NCBI GenBank assembly: GCA_963756885.1
Contig: CAVWPG010000004.1
Location: 443,234-507,233 of the forward strand
DNA length: 64,000 bases
Source of the DNA: an uncultured Bacteroidales bacterium
GTDB taxonomy: Bacteria > Bacteroidota > Bacteroidia > Bacteroidales > VadinHA17
Direction: 5' to 3'
Shown here: positions 33,982-44,388 of the stretch, piece by piece
Layout of the letters: each line of letters opens with the position of its first letter
How positions within the stretch are numbered: the first letter of the stretch is position 1
Made by a program: the position numbers and the translations under genes
Notes under the pieces: model-generated
Database searches by the model: none
The model's input: the letters and a program-made list of their open reading frames with translations, nothing else
Told to the model about the DNA's origin: nothing

Positions 33982-35454
33982 ATGCAGAATAAACTCTTTA
34001 TCTACAACACCCTTTCCAAAAAAAAGGAATTGTTCAAGCCGCTTCATGCCCCTTTTGTAGGACTGTATGTCTGCGGTCCGACCGTTTACAGCAATGCACA
34101 TCTGGGCCATGCACGACCGGCAATAATATTCGACCTTCTCGACAGGTATCTCCTGCATCTTGGCTATAAAGTCAGGTATGTAAGGAATATCACCGACGTA
34201 GGACACCTCGAAGATGAGAATGCGGGTGAAGGAGAGGACAAGATAATAAAGAAGGCCCGGCAGGAACAGCTCGAACCTATGGAAGTTGTTCAGAAATACC
34301 TGAACACTTACCACCGGAACCTGGAGCAGCTGAATACTCTTCAGCCCTCAATCGAGCCGAGGGCCAGCGGACATATTATAGAGCAACAGGAACTTATACA
34401 GAAGATAATCGATAAGGGTTTTGCATACGAGGTAAATGGTTCTGTATATTTCGATGTTATAAAATACAGCCAGAAATATAGTTACGGGAAGCTATCCGGC
34501 CGGGTGCTCGATGACCTGCAAAGCAACACAAGGGAGCTCGACGGGCAGGATGAAAAGCGCAATGCATTTGATTTTGCCCTCTGGAAGAAAGCCGCCCCTG
34601 AGCACATTATGAAGTGGCCCTCGCCCTGGAGCACCGGATTCCCCGGCTGGCACCTGGAGTGCTCGGTAATGAGCACCAAGTATCTCGGGGAGGTGTTCGA
34701 CATTCATGGAGGGGGGATGGACCTTCAGTTCCCGCATCACGAATGTGAAATTGCCCAGTCGACCGCCGCTAACGGAAAAGAAGCGGTCCGGTACTGGATT
34801 CATAACAATATGATCACAATAAATGGGCAGAAGATGGCCAGGTCGCTCGGGAATTTCATTACTCTCGACCAGCTTTTCAGCGGAGATCATCCCCTCCTGC
34901 TGCAGCCTTTCAGCCCGATGACAATTAGATTTTTCATATTGCAGGCTCACTACCGCAGTACAGTCGATTTCTCCAATGAAGCCCTGCAGGCTGCAGAAAA
35001 GGGACTGCAGAAGCTCTTAAAGGCGATGGCTACGCTGAAAAAACTGAAGGTTTCGGGTACTTCTACGTTGGATATCAGCCAGCTGAAGACAAAATGCTAT
35101 GAAGCGCTCAATGACGATCTGAACAGTCCGGTGCTTCTGTCATACCTTTTCGAAGCCGTAAGGTTCATAAATTCGGCCGCTGACGGAAACGAGAATATCG
35201 ATGAACCCGCCAGGGCAGCTCTCATGGAACTCCTGAATACATTTGTATTCGATATCATGGGACTCAAAGATGAATCAAGGGAGAAGGAGGATGAACATCT
35301 TAGCAACAAACTGATCAATCTGATTGTTGACCTTAGACAGGAAGCCAAAATCCGTAAGGAATGGGATGTGTCGGACAAGATCCGTCAGAATCTCAGGGAG
35401 CTCGGCATTATAATAAAGGATCGCAAGGACGGTGCAGACTGGGAGATGGAGTGA
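33982..35454 (+). CDS. cysS: Cysteine--tRNA ligase
   Basis: [42 protein letters not shown]; start [11 protein letters not shown]. Confidence 0.96.
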   Translation: MQNKLFIYNTLSKKKELFKPLHAPFVGLYVCGPTVYSNAHLGHARPAIIFDLLDRYLLHLGYKVRYVRNITDVGHLEDENAGEGEDKIIKKARQEQLEPMEVVQKYLNTYHRNLEQLNTLQPSIEPRASGHIIEQQELIQKIIDKGFAYEVNGSVYFDVIKYSQKYSYGKLSGRVLDDLQSNTRELDGQDEKRNAFDFALWKKAAPEHIMKWPSPWSTGFPGWHLECSVMSTKYLGEVFDIHGGGMDLQFPHHECEIAQSTAANGKEAVRYWIHNNMITINGQKMARSLGNFITLDQLFSGDHPLLLQPFSPMTIRFFILQAHYRSTVDFSNEALQAAEKGLQKLLKAMATLKKLKVSGTSTLDISQLKTKCYEALNDDLNSPVLLSYLFEAVRFINSAADGNENIDEPARAALMELLNTFVFDIMGLKDESREKEDEHLSNKLINLIVDLRQEAKIRKEWDVSDKIRQNLRELGIIIKDRKDGADWEME

Positions 35455-35573
35455 TTTAACAGGCTGTTAAATCCTGAGGTCGAAACTGAAATCAGTACTG
35501 CTGTGAACAAAATAAGTTCTTTTATTAACGAAATTCTGTCCCACTCCAGGGGGAAGACACAGAGGGTTAAAGA

Positions 35574-37478
35574 ATGAAATACGATACCAGCAATATAATT
35601 CTGCCATCCTCCGGGGGGGGCCAGAGGCTAAAATACACCTCCATTCCCATCTTCGTCGGCTCTATCCCCCTTGGCGGCATCAACCCCATCCGGCTCCAGT
35701 CAATGACAAATACGGATACAATGGACACGCAGGCCTCTGTCGCACAATGTATACGGATCATCGAGGCCGGCGCCGATTATGTAAGGCTGACGGCCCAGGG
35801 AGTAAGGGAGGCCGGCAATCTGGCCGAGATAAAAAGAGAGCTGCATAAATCAGGCTTCAATACACCCCTTATAGCTGATATCCACTTTAATCCCCTGGCT
35901 GCTGAAACGGCCGCCAGGATTGTGGAAAAAGTGAGGATCAATCCCGGCAACTATGCTGATAAAAGAGCCACCTTCGTAAGCAGGGACCTTACCGAAAAGG
36001 AATATAGCGAGGAGCTCGAAAGAACGCATGAAAAGCTGATGCCCCTGATAAAAATCTGCAAAGAGCATAAAACAGTAATTCGTATCGGCATAAATCATGG
36101 ATCGCTTTCAGACCGCATCATGACCCGTTTTGGTAACACACCCGCCGGCATGGTAGTCTCAGCCATGGAATTCATTGACATCTTCAGAAGCGAGAATTTC
36201 AATGATCTCGTTATCTCAATGAAATCCTCCGACAACGCCATCATGATGGCTGCAACACGCCAGCTGGCCTGGCAGCTGCATGAAAGCGGACCGGCTTACC
36301 CTATTCATCTTGGGGTGACCGAGGCCGGGGAAGGCGAGGACGGACGAATCCGTTCAGCGGCAGGCATAGGTGCACTTCTTGCTGAGGGGATCGGTGATAC
36401 GATAAGGATCTCCCTATCCGAAGATCCTGAGCTTGAAATTCCTGTTGCCAAGAAGCTTGCATCTTATTACCCGAGAGGGGTGGCCGATACAAACCAGTCA
36501 GGGACTCTAACCTTCAGGTCTCCTGCCCTGAAGCCTGAAATAGTAAAAAGCATTGGTGGTCCGCTGGTAATAACCAATATGACATCCTGTACCGAGATTG
36601 ACACAAATGCATACAGGGATGCCGGGTTCAGTATCGGTGAAAACCCGGAGGCGATAACAAAAACAGATTCAAGTGCCGATTTTATAATTGCCAGGGAAGC
36701 ACCCCGGATCATCCCCGGAAACGCCGCAATAATACTTCCCTACAAAAAATGGTTTGAGCATACGGAAAATGAAAAGCTCTTTCCGCTTTACTCCCCGGAA
36801 ACCTATCATGATGCTGAATTCAGGTCACCGAGGCTGAATTTCCTCCTCACGGGATCGCATTTTGATATCAGGTACCTTATCAAGCCCGATCCAAGGATCA
36901 CCTTAATTATATTCACATTCAATCCTGACACCGAAAAGTACGCTGCAGACAAATTCCTGAAAACCCTTGAAGAAAACAATCTTAGTCACAATGTGGTTCT
37001 GAACCCTGTTTTCCACGAGGAGAATGCCGATGATCTCAGGATAAAGGCTGCGGCACTGCTGGGCCGTTTTGTAATCGACAGGAGGGTAGCGGGAATATGC
37101 CTTCACAATATTGGAGACACCGGCCTCACCCATGTAACCGCTGTTTCTTTTTCAATTCTTCAGTGCACCGAGACCCGTATAACAAGAACAATGTACCTGT
37201 CATGCCCTACATGCGGCCGTACAAAATTCAATCTCCAGGAATCGGTAAGGAAGGTGAGGGAAGCTACAGGGCATCTTAAAGGACTAAAGATCGCAGTTAT
37301 GGGATGCATAGTGAACGGACCGGGGGAAATGGCGGGTTCTGACTACGGTTATGTTGGAGCGGCAGAGGGCAAGGTGCATATTTACAGGGGTACCACTCCC
37401 GTGCTCAGGAATATACCGGAAAAAGATGCCCCATCCGAATTGCTGAAGCTTATAGAAACTGACCTCTCAGGCAGGTGA
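35574..37478 (+). CDS. ispG: HMBPP synthase (long type-II IspG)
   Basis: IADIHF, RINPGN, IGINHGSLS, HLGVTEAG, SCPTCGR, VMGCIVNGPGE. Confidence 0.95.
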   Translation: MKYDTSNIILPSSGGGQRLKYTSIPIFVGSIPLGGINPIRLQSMTNTDTMDTQASVAQCIRIIEAGADYVRLTAQGVREAGNLAEIKRELHKSGFNTPLIADIHFNPLAAETAARIVEKVRINPGNYADKRATFVSRDLTEKEYSEELERTHEKLMPLIKICKEHKTVIRIGINHGSLSDRIMTRFGNTPAGMVVSAMEFIDIFRSENFNDLVISMKSSDNAIMMAATRQLAWQLHESGPAYPIHLGVTEAGEGEDGRIRSAAGIGALLAEGIGDTIRISLSEDPELEIPVAKKLASYYPRGVADTNQSGTLTFRSPALKPEIVKSIGGPLVITNMTSCTEIDTNAYRDAGFSIGENPEAITKTDSSADFIIAREAPRIIPGNAAIILPYKKWFEHTENEKLFPLYSPETYHDAEFRSPRLNFLLTGSHFDIRYLIKPDPRITLIIFTFNPDTEKYAADKFLKTLEENNLSHNVVLNPVFHEENADDLRIKAAALLGRFVIDRRVAGICLHNIGDTGLTHVTAVSFSILQCTETRITRTMYLSCPTCGRTKFNLQESVRKVREATGHLKGLKIAVMGCIVNGPGEMAGSDYGYVGAAEGKVHIYRGTTPVLRNIPEKDAPSELLKLIETDLSGR

Positions 37479-39613
37479 TCCGTTCACAAGCCTGTAATCC
37501 AGCTGCTTTTTCTGAAGGTCAGCCTTAACGACCTCTACGCTGACACGGTCACCAAGAGTATAGACTTTCCCTGTTGAACGGCCCCTTATGCAGTAGTTTT
37601 CCTCATCGTACTCATAGAAATCATCAGCGAGCTCCCTGATATGGATCATTCCCTCGCACTGATTTTCAATAATTTCCACATAGATACCCCATTCGGTCAC
37701 ACCGGAGATAACTCCTTCGAATACCTTTCCGGTCTTATCGCTCATATACTCAACCTGCTTGTACTTGACGGACGCTCTTTCTGCCTCGGCTGCCAGTCTT
37801 TCCATCTTCGAGGAATGCTGGCATAATTTTCTCATACTGGTCCTGCGAGCCAGGGTTTTCGCTGTCAAGATAGGCTGTCAGAAGCCTGTGCACCATCATA
37901 TCGGGATAACGGCGTATCGGGGATGTGAAATGTGTGTAATATTTGAAAGCAAGTCCGTAATGGCCTATATTTTCAGTCGAATATACCGCTTTTGCCATCG
38001 AGCGCAAGGCCAGGGTCTCAATTATATTCTGTTCCTTCTTGCCTGCGACGGATGTCAACAGCTTATTCATCGCCTTCGGCAGGGAGGATTTTTCGCCATC
38101 ACCCAGCTTATACCCGAAACGGGTAATAAAATGGCTGAAATTGCTTAATTTTTCCGGATCGGGTTTATCATGAATACGGTATACAAAAGTTTTGCCCTTT
38201 CAGCTTTTTGCCAACATACTCTGCTACATGCCTGTTTGCGAGAAGCATGAATTCCTCAACAAGCTGATTGGCCGTGCCCATGTCACGGAATTTTATCCCA
38301 ACAGGTTTCCCGTTCTCATCAAGATCGAACATGACCTCAATTTTTTCAAAGGCAAAAGCTCCGGAGGCAAAACGCTTTGTCCTCAGCTGCTGTGCCAGCC
38401 TGTGAAGAACGAGCACCTCATCCTTCATGTCACCCTCACCGGTATCTATAACCTGCTGGGCCTCGCATATGAAAACCTTCTGTCGGAATTAATTATTGTT
38501 CGTCCAAACCAGTCGTTTACAACCTCCGACTTATCATTCACTTCAAACACAGCCGAATAAGTAAGCTTGTCTTCCGACGGATTAAGTGAGCAGATATGAT
38601 TTGAAAGTCTTTCCGGCAGCATCGGCACAACCCTGTCGACAAGATAATCGAAGTAGCCCTCTGCTTTGCCTCTTCCTCAACCAGCGTACCATCCTTAACA
38701 TAATGAGTCACATCGGCGATATGAACACCAACCTCCCAGTTACCATTGTCAAGCTGCCTCAGCGAAAGTGCATCATCAAAATCCCTTGCATCGGCAGGGT
38801 CAATGGTAAAGGTCGGTGATCATGCCGGAAGTCGCGGCGCAACTTTATCTCATTATCGCTGATCTCTGCAGGGATTTTTTCAGCGTCCGTCTCCACCTCT
38901 TCCGTAAAACTGTATGGAAGCTCAAATTCTGCCAGAATCGCATGCATCTCCGTCTCATGAAGGCCCGGATAGCCAAGAACATTAATAATCTCAGCCACCG
39001 GATTCTTTGATTTGGAATCCCAGTCGATCACCCTCGCAACAGCTTTTTGTCCCTGCAAAGCCCCATTCAGCTTTGAAGAAGGAATAAACAGATCGAATGG
39101 CATGTTCTTGTTATCAGGGATAAGAAAAGCAAAATTTGGCATCACCTCCACAGTCCCAACAAATGATGTTCTCCATCTCTCGAGGATCTCCACAACTTCC
39201 CCTTCGGGTCTCGATCCTTTTCTTTTGGCATAAAGCTTTACTTTCACTTTATCGCCATGAAGCGCTGTCTTAAGGTTATTGGCCGATACGAATACATCAT
39301 CCTCAAGTTCATCTGTCGAGATGAAGCCATATCCCATCCTGGTCATGTCGACAGTACCGGTAATATAGCCCCTGCCCGCTTTGATCCTGTATTTTCCCGG
39401 ACTAATCTCTGCAGCACTTCCCAGTTTTGCAAGCTCTGCGAGAATCTCTGGAATCATCTCCCTCGACCCCGGATCGGTTATATTAAGTCTTTTTGAAATT
39501 TGCTTGTAATTGACTCCCTGTCCGGGATTGTTTGCCAAGACAGAAACTATCTGGTCAGTAAGAGCTTCCCTTGAAATACCAAAGTTTTTTTTGCCCCTTC
39601 CCTTCTTACTCAT
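37467..39613 (-). pseudogene. rnr: Ribonuclease R, broken by several frameshifts (possibly sequencing errors)
   Basis: Collinear fragments: CSD (ALHGDKV), [32 protein letters not shown]1 domain. Confidence 0.8.
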
Positions 39614-39683
39614 AATTCAGTTTTTGCGAAGGTACAAAAATGAACTATAAATTTTAATACATTTGATTTATAAATGGATAAAC

Positions 39684-39971
39684 ATGGCAGGACAAGACAC
39701 AATTCTTTCCCATTCAAAGTCAATAGTTACAACCAAAACAGGAAATGAGTATGTCCTTGTTCCCGTTGCAAACAATATTGCTGATATGAACAGCATGTAT
39801 ACACTTAATGAGACCGGGGCCTTTATATGGGAACATATTGACGGAAAAAACCGCGTGGAGGATATTATTGCTGCAATGATAACAGAGTATGATGTTGATT
39901 ATGAGACAGCTTCAAATGATGTTTTATTATTTGTCAGTGAGATGAGGAAATACCTTGTAATTGATGAATAA
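39684..39971 (+). CDS. PqqD-family protein (RiPP recognition element)
   Basis: LNETGAFIWE..DG and EYDVD..A..D..F motif; -7 box TACATTTG at 39658. Confidence 0.88.
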   Translation: MAGQDTILSHSKSIVTTKTGNEYVLVPVANNIADMNSMYTLNETGAFIWEHIDGKNRVEDIIAAMITEYDVDYETASNDVLLFVSEMRKYLVIDE

Positions 39972-40034
39972 TAAATGGATTGTGAAATATATTTTTTATT
40001 GCCCCCAGGACACATCTGAAGATACTTCTGAAAA

Positions 40035-40925
40035 ATGAAAAATTACATTTTGAAAATAGCAGGTTACAGGATAGGTTTCGAGGCATCAGCCGGAGGCCCT
40101 GATCTTGCCGTTTCTCAAAAATTTCTCAGGAATATATCCTTCGATTCCAATTATGATGTTCTGATAAAAGTCCATTCCGGACCATATTTCCTTCCCCGGG
40201 AAGCTGAAAGGGTTTTTCATGCCCCGTTTGTGGAGGTAAGCAACGGGATCCTTATCCATAACAATCCCGATTTCTGGAGCATCTGGAAGTTTGACACATG
40301 GCTCTTCATAAAAACAATTTTTCCGCTGGGTGGCTACCCAAAGAATGCGGTATTGAAATTTTCACTGAAGGAGAAGGAATGGGATCTCTGGATGGAATCC
40401 GATAAACCCGAAACAGATCCGTTTGAGTACCCCCTCGATGGTCTGATTTTGTATTATCTTACTGTTATCAACAATGATATAATGATTCATGCCTCAGGCA
40501 TCAATTACGGCGGAGAGGGATATATGTTCAGCGGCGTATCGGGGAAAGGCAAATCGACAATGGCGCGCATCTGGGCCGATCACAATGCCAGTGTAATCCA
40601 CGATGACAGGCTTATAATCAGGAAAGCCGGCTACGGATTTATGATGTACAATACACCTGTTTACAACACTGATGAGCCGCTGCATTCTCAGCTTTCCAGG
40701 ATTTTCATTATTGAACATGGCACGGAAAACAAGCTCAAGCGGCTTAGAGGGGCTGCGGCCATAAGCCATGTAATGGCGAACTGCATCCAGCATACATGGG
40801 GTCATGCCATCGTTTCGGGGCTGCTCGGTTCAGTCTCGGAAATGTGCGCTGCCATTCCCGTATACAGCCTGCATTTCCTGCCCGAAAATAGTGTAATAGA
40901 CCATATCCTCAACATTCATGAGTAA
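40035..40925 (+). CDS. HPr-kinase-like P-loop protein (RiPP-cassette type)
   Basis: IHASG, FSGVSGKGKST, IHDDRLII, YNTP. Confidence 0.78.
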   Translation: MKNYILKIAGYRIGFEASAGGPDLAVSQKFLRNISFDSNYDVLIKVHSGPYFLPREAERVFHAPFVEVSNGILIHNNPDFWSIWKFDTWLFIKTIFPLGGYPKNAVLKFSLKEKEWDLWMESDKPETDPFEYPLDGLILYYLTVINNDIMIHASGINYGGEGYMFSGVSGKGKSTMARIWADHNASVIHDDRLIIRKAGYGFMMYNTPVYNTDEPLHSQLSRIFIIEHGTENKLKRLRGAAAISHVMANCIQHTWGHAIVSGLLGSVSEMCAAIPVYSLHFLPENSVIDHILNIHE

Positions 40926-41373
40926 CCAGGATAAACGGATGATAGTCAGGAATACGGGGCTGACACTTCTTGCCGAAGGCAAAAGGATCCGCATCAAAGC
41001 CCATGGCTACAGCATGTACCCCTGCATCAGGCCCGGTTCCCTGGTGCTCATTGAGCCAATAAACGTGAAAGGGCCTCCCGTGCAGGGGGAGATCATTGCA
41101 ATTTCAAAGGATAATGGCATGATAATTCACAGGCTTGTAAAAATTTTAGTCAGGGACGGCTCCATGACCTTTATTGCAAGGGGCGACAGCAATGCGTTTG
41201 CGGATCCCCCCGTGGCTTTGGATAAAATCGCAGGAAGGCTGGTTGGGGCGGAAACCACCGGTGAAAACCCTATATGTGCTGATATAAGGATAAATAAGAG
41301 ACCGTTTTACTTTATAAACAGATTAAGGGTTATCGGATTGCACTTGCACAGGAAATTAAGGCAGGCATTATGA
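40918..41373 (+). CDS. S24/S26-family peptidase
   Basis: GYSMYP (catalytic Ser), IIHRLV, RGDSN..D. Confidence 0.85.
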   Translation: MSNQDKRMIVRNTGLTLLAEGKRIRIKAHGYSMYPCIRPGSLVLIEPINVKGPPVQGEIIAISKDNGMIIHRLVKILVRDGSMTFIARGDSNAFADPPVALDKIAGRLVGAETTGENPICADIRINKRPFYFINRLRVIGLHLHRKLRQAL

Positions 41374-43175
41374 AGAATATAATGAAAAAGACGGCTTTGT
41401 TCCGTGAATCTGTCCTGCTCGTTTGGAAAAGCTCTCCGGTATGGGCAGCAGCAAATGTGCTGGTCTCCGTCCTCAGAAGTTTCCTTCCCCTTGTTCTGAT
41501 CTGGCTGCTTAAGATACTTATTGATGATATCGGAGCAGCCGCATCAGCCGGTTCAGGAGTTGTTTCCGGAAGTCTGCTCCGGATGATAATTGCGGTGGTC
41601 GCAATATATTTTTTCGATGAAGGCTTATATGATCTGAGCAACTATATAAGGAAAAAACAGTCACTTAAACTCGAAATTTACATGTATGACCTTCTTCATA
41701 TGAAGTCGGTCAGGCTCGATCTGATAAATTTTGAAAAGCCGGAGTATTTTGATTGCCTCTCACGGGCAACAAGGGAAGCTCCCTGGCGGCCCAATTCAAT
41801 CCTCAACAACCTGGTCTCCCTGCTGAGGGGGCTCATTTCCCTTCTTCTTATGGCAGGACTAATACTGACCCTCAACTGGATAATAGCATTGGTTCTTCTT
41901 GCTGCAAATATCCCTGCAATATGGCTCCGGCTGCATTATGCGGGCATACTTTATAATTTCCAGAGGGAACAGACGCCCGAGGCTCGCAAATCGGCATATT
42001 TCAACTGGCTTCTTACTGGCGACAGGCCCTCCAGGGAGATAAGGCTGTTCGGACTTGGAGATTATTTCATCGGACTTTTCAAAAGATCCTTTATAAAGCA
42101 AAAGGAGGATGAGATCGGCATTATAAGGAGGAGAACCATTATCGAGCTTATTTCAGATCTTTTCAAGGCATCAGCCTTCCTGGTGACTTTATGGTTTATC
42201 GCCCGACAGACAGTATCCGGAGGCCTCTCTATTGGCCAGATGGCAATGTTCCTCCTGGCTTTCAGACAGGGCATGCTCTATGTGAAGGATCTGTTCAGCT
42301 CCCTAGCCGGACTTTATGAAGACAGCCTCTATATTGAGGATACCTTCGAGTTCCTCAATCTTGAGGAAAAGATAAGGGCTGAAAGTCCGGAAGTACAACC
42401 CCTGCCCCTGACAAAAAATATAAAATTGAAAAATCTTTCATTCACCTATCCGGGGAATACCGGCAAAACCCTTAATGATATCTCATTCGAGATCGGTAAG
42501 GGAGAGGTGATTGCCCTTGTGGGGCCGAATGGGGCAGGTAAAAGCACGCTCGTAAGGCTACTGTGCAGGCTTTATGATCCTGACTCCGGTTCGGTCGAGT
42601 ATGACGGACAGGATATCAGGAATATGGATCCCGTGGAATACAGGAAATTCTTTTCGGTAGTTTTTCAGGATTTCATGCTGTACAATCTCCAGGCCGGCGA
42701 GAATATACGTATGGGCAATATTCATGAAGAAAATCCAGCTGAAAAGATCCGTTCAGCTGCCGTGAGTGCCGGAGTCGATGAAGTTCTTTCAGGACTTCCC
42801 GAAGGCTATGACAGTCCTATTGGCAACCTGTTCGATAACAGCAGGGAACTGAGCTGGGGTGAATGGCAGAAGATAGCCATTGCAAGGGCTCTGTTCAGGG
42901 AGTCTCCTGTTCTGATACTCGATGAGCCGTCAAGTTCACTCGATGCAGATACAGAGTACGAGATCTTCAGCCGGTTCAGGGAGCTTGTAAGGGGAAGGAC
43001 CTCTATACTCATCAGTCACAGGTTTTCCAATGTGAGCCTGGCCGACAGGATCATTGTGCTTGATAAGGGATCGGTGGCTGAAACGGGCACTCATGACGAA
43101 CTTATGTCAATCGGAGGTCTGTACAGCAAAATGTTCATGAAACAGGGCAACAGGTTCAACAGCCGGATTGACTAG
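41370..43175 (+). CDS. ABC exporter, fused permease/ATPase
   Basis: TM domain, EIRLFGL, GPNGAGKST, LSWGEWQKIAIARA, ISHRFS. Confidence 0.9.
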   Translation: MKNIMKKTALFRESVLLVWKSSPVWAAANVLVSVLRSFLPLVLIWLLKILIDDIGAAASAGSGVVSGSLLRMIIAVVAIYFFDEGLYDLSNYIRKKQSLKLEIYMYDLLHMKSVRLDLINFEKPEYFDCLSRATREAPWRPNSILNNLVSLLRGLISLLLMAGLILTLNWIIALVLLAANIPAIWLRLHYAGILYNFQREQTPEARKSAYFNWLLTGDRPSREIRLFGLGDYFIGLFKRSFIKQKEDEIGIIRRRTIIELISDLFKASAFLVTLWFIARQTVSGGLSIGQMAMFLLAFRQGMLYVKDLFSSLAGLYEDSLYIEDTFEFLNLEEKIRAESPEVQPLPLTKNIKLKNLSFTYPGNTGKTLNDISFEIGKGEVIALVGPNGAGKSTLVRLLCRLYDPDSGSVEYDGQDIRNMDPVEYRKFFSVVFQDFMLYNLQAGENIRMGNIHEENPAEKIRSAAVSAGVDEVLSGLPEGYDSPIGNLFDNSRELSWGEWQKIAIARALFRESPVLILDEPSSSLDADTEYEIFSRFRELVRGRTSILISHRFSNVSLADRIIVLDKGSVAETGTHDELMSIGGLYSKMFMKQGNRFNSRID

Positions 43176-43376
43176 AGTCCGGGAATTGTTATGCATACCT
43201 CTGCCTGATCTTGTATGATCAGGACGAAGGTTCCCTATAAATGGTAATCTACCTTAACAGCTGATTATTTTCCACATAATTGCAAAATAAGTCCAAATTA
43301 ATTTGGTCAATTAAAAATATTTTGTTTAATTTTATAGTGATGTAGCTAGTCAAACAGTTTTATCATTTAAGGAAGG

Positions 43377-43586
43377 ATGAACAAGTTCAGAAAAGAGACT
43401 CTGAAAGTCCGGCTTTTAAGACTTGCTGAACTGAAATGCACGGGTGCCCCCTCTGACCTTGCCACAAGGTTTGAGATAAGTGAGCGCCATGTAAAGCGGA
43501 TCGTTAAGGAGATCCGGGATGACGGGACAGCTATCTGGTATAGTCAGACAAGAAGATCATATGTCACAGGGGAAGAATATCAATAA
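43377..43586 (+). CDS. Small HTH DNA-binding protein
   Basis: TGAPSDLATRFEISERHVKR..I.Y...RSY; paralogous to 53371-53652. Confidence 0.8.
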   Translation: MNKFRKETLKVRLLRLAELKCTGAPSDLATRFEISERHVKRIVKEIRDDGTAIWYSQTRRSYVTGEEYQ

Positions 43587-43688
43587 ACGACAAAAAAATT
43601 AATTTTTGGCGCTTATAATGTCCCCGGCTCTTTTTAAACTTGTGTTAGCGATGAGATTGTGACTGTCTTTATCACAAAGTAGAATATT

Positions 43689-43775
43689 ATGAAACAAGGT
43701 TTTGAGATAACAGGGGTTAAGGTTACTCAGTTCTGCGTATTTTTCCAGGGCACGTCTCGCTGCATTCCGTGCTAA
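43689..43775 (+). CDS. Possible 28-aa peptide MKQGFEITGVKVTQFCVFFQGTSRCIPC
   Basis: Hand-read ORF after an AT-rich start context and before a strong terminator. Confidence 0.3.
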   Translation: MKQGFEITGVKVTQFCVFFQGTSRCIPC

Positions 43776-43823
43776 CAACGGGTTCTTGATGAACTGCCGG
43801 TCCCCTTGGCCGACAACCCCGCT

Positions 43824-43859
43824 CCCCGGAAGATAATCCCAGATTTTCCGGGGTTTTTT
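43824..43859 (+). terminator. Intrinsic terminator
   Basis: CCCCGGAA...TTCCGGGG followed by T6. Confidence 0.8.
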
Positions 43860-43951
43860 ATATCAGGGGTGAATCCCCGATTTCAGCCTGGAAGCGGGTA
43901 TGCTGCAGGCAAGCTCGTCAATTTCTCCATTAACAGCCGGAAGTCCTGAAC

Positions 43952-44146
43952 CTACCTCTTGGTAGCATTAATCTTTCGGATCTCCATATACATGGCCAGA
44001 GCTCCCAGAAGTCCGATAAAGGTCATAAATGCCGTAAGAAACAGGTTTCGTCCGGAAGGGTGAAATATAATTATAGATGCCAGGAGCAGAACAGAAATTG
44101 TGAGATTTGCCGTTAATAATATTTTGTACAGAAGTAATTTGGTCAT
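43952..44146 (-). CDS. Small two-TM membrane protein
   Basis: 64 aa, two hydrophobic helices, basic C-tail; TACCTTTG -7 box on minus at 44252-44259. Confidence 0.55.
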   Translation of the reverse strand: MTKLLLYKILLTANLTISVLLLASIIIFHPSGRNLFLTAFMTFIGLLGALAMYMEIRKINATKR

Positions 44147-44388
44147 GTGAAAATCAATTTGAGCTATTTAATATTTATTATTTTTTGAATCTGTCTCCGG
44201 TTAATTTTACTAAAATGTTATTTGTCAGGCATCACAATATAGCCATTCCTGCAAAGGTAAGTAAAGAAGAGAAAAATCCTGCAATCAGCAGTATGTTTCT
44301 GGGCACAGCAGTATGGAGCCTTATCTGCCCGGTGGTGAGCGCACCCACTGATCACTGTCTGGCAGCAGCCAGGCATGACCGGAGGCTT

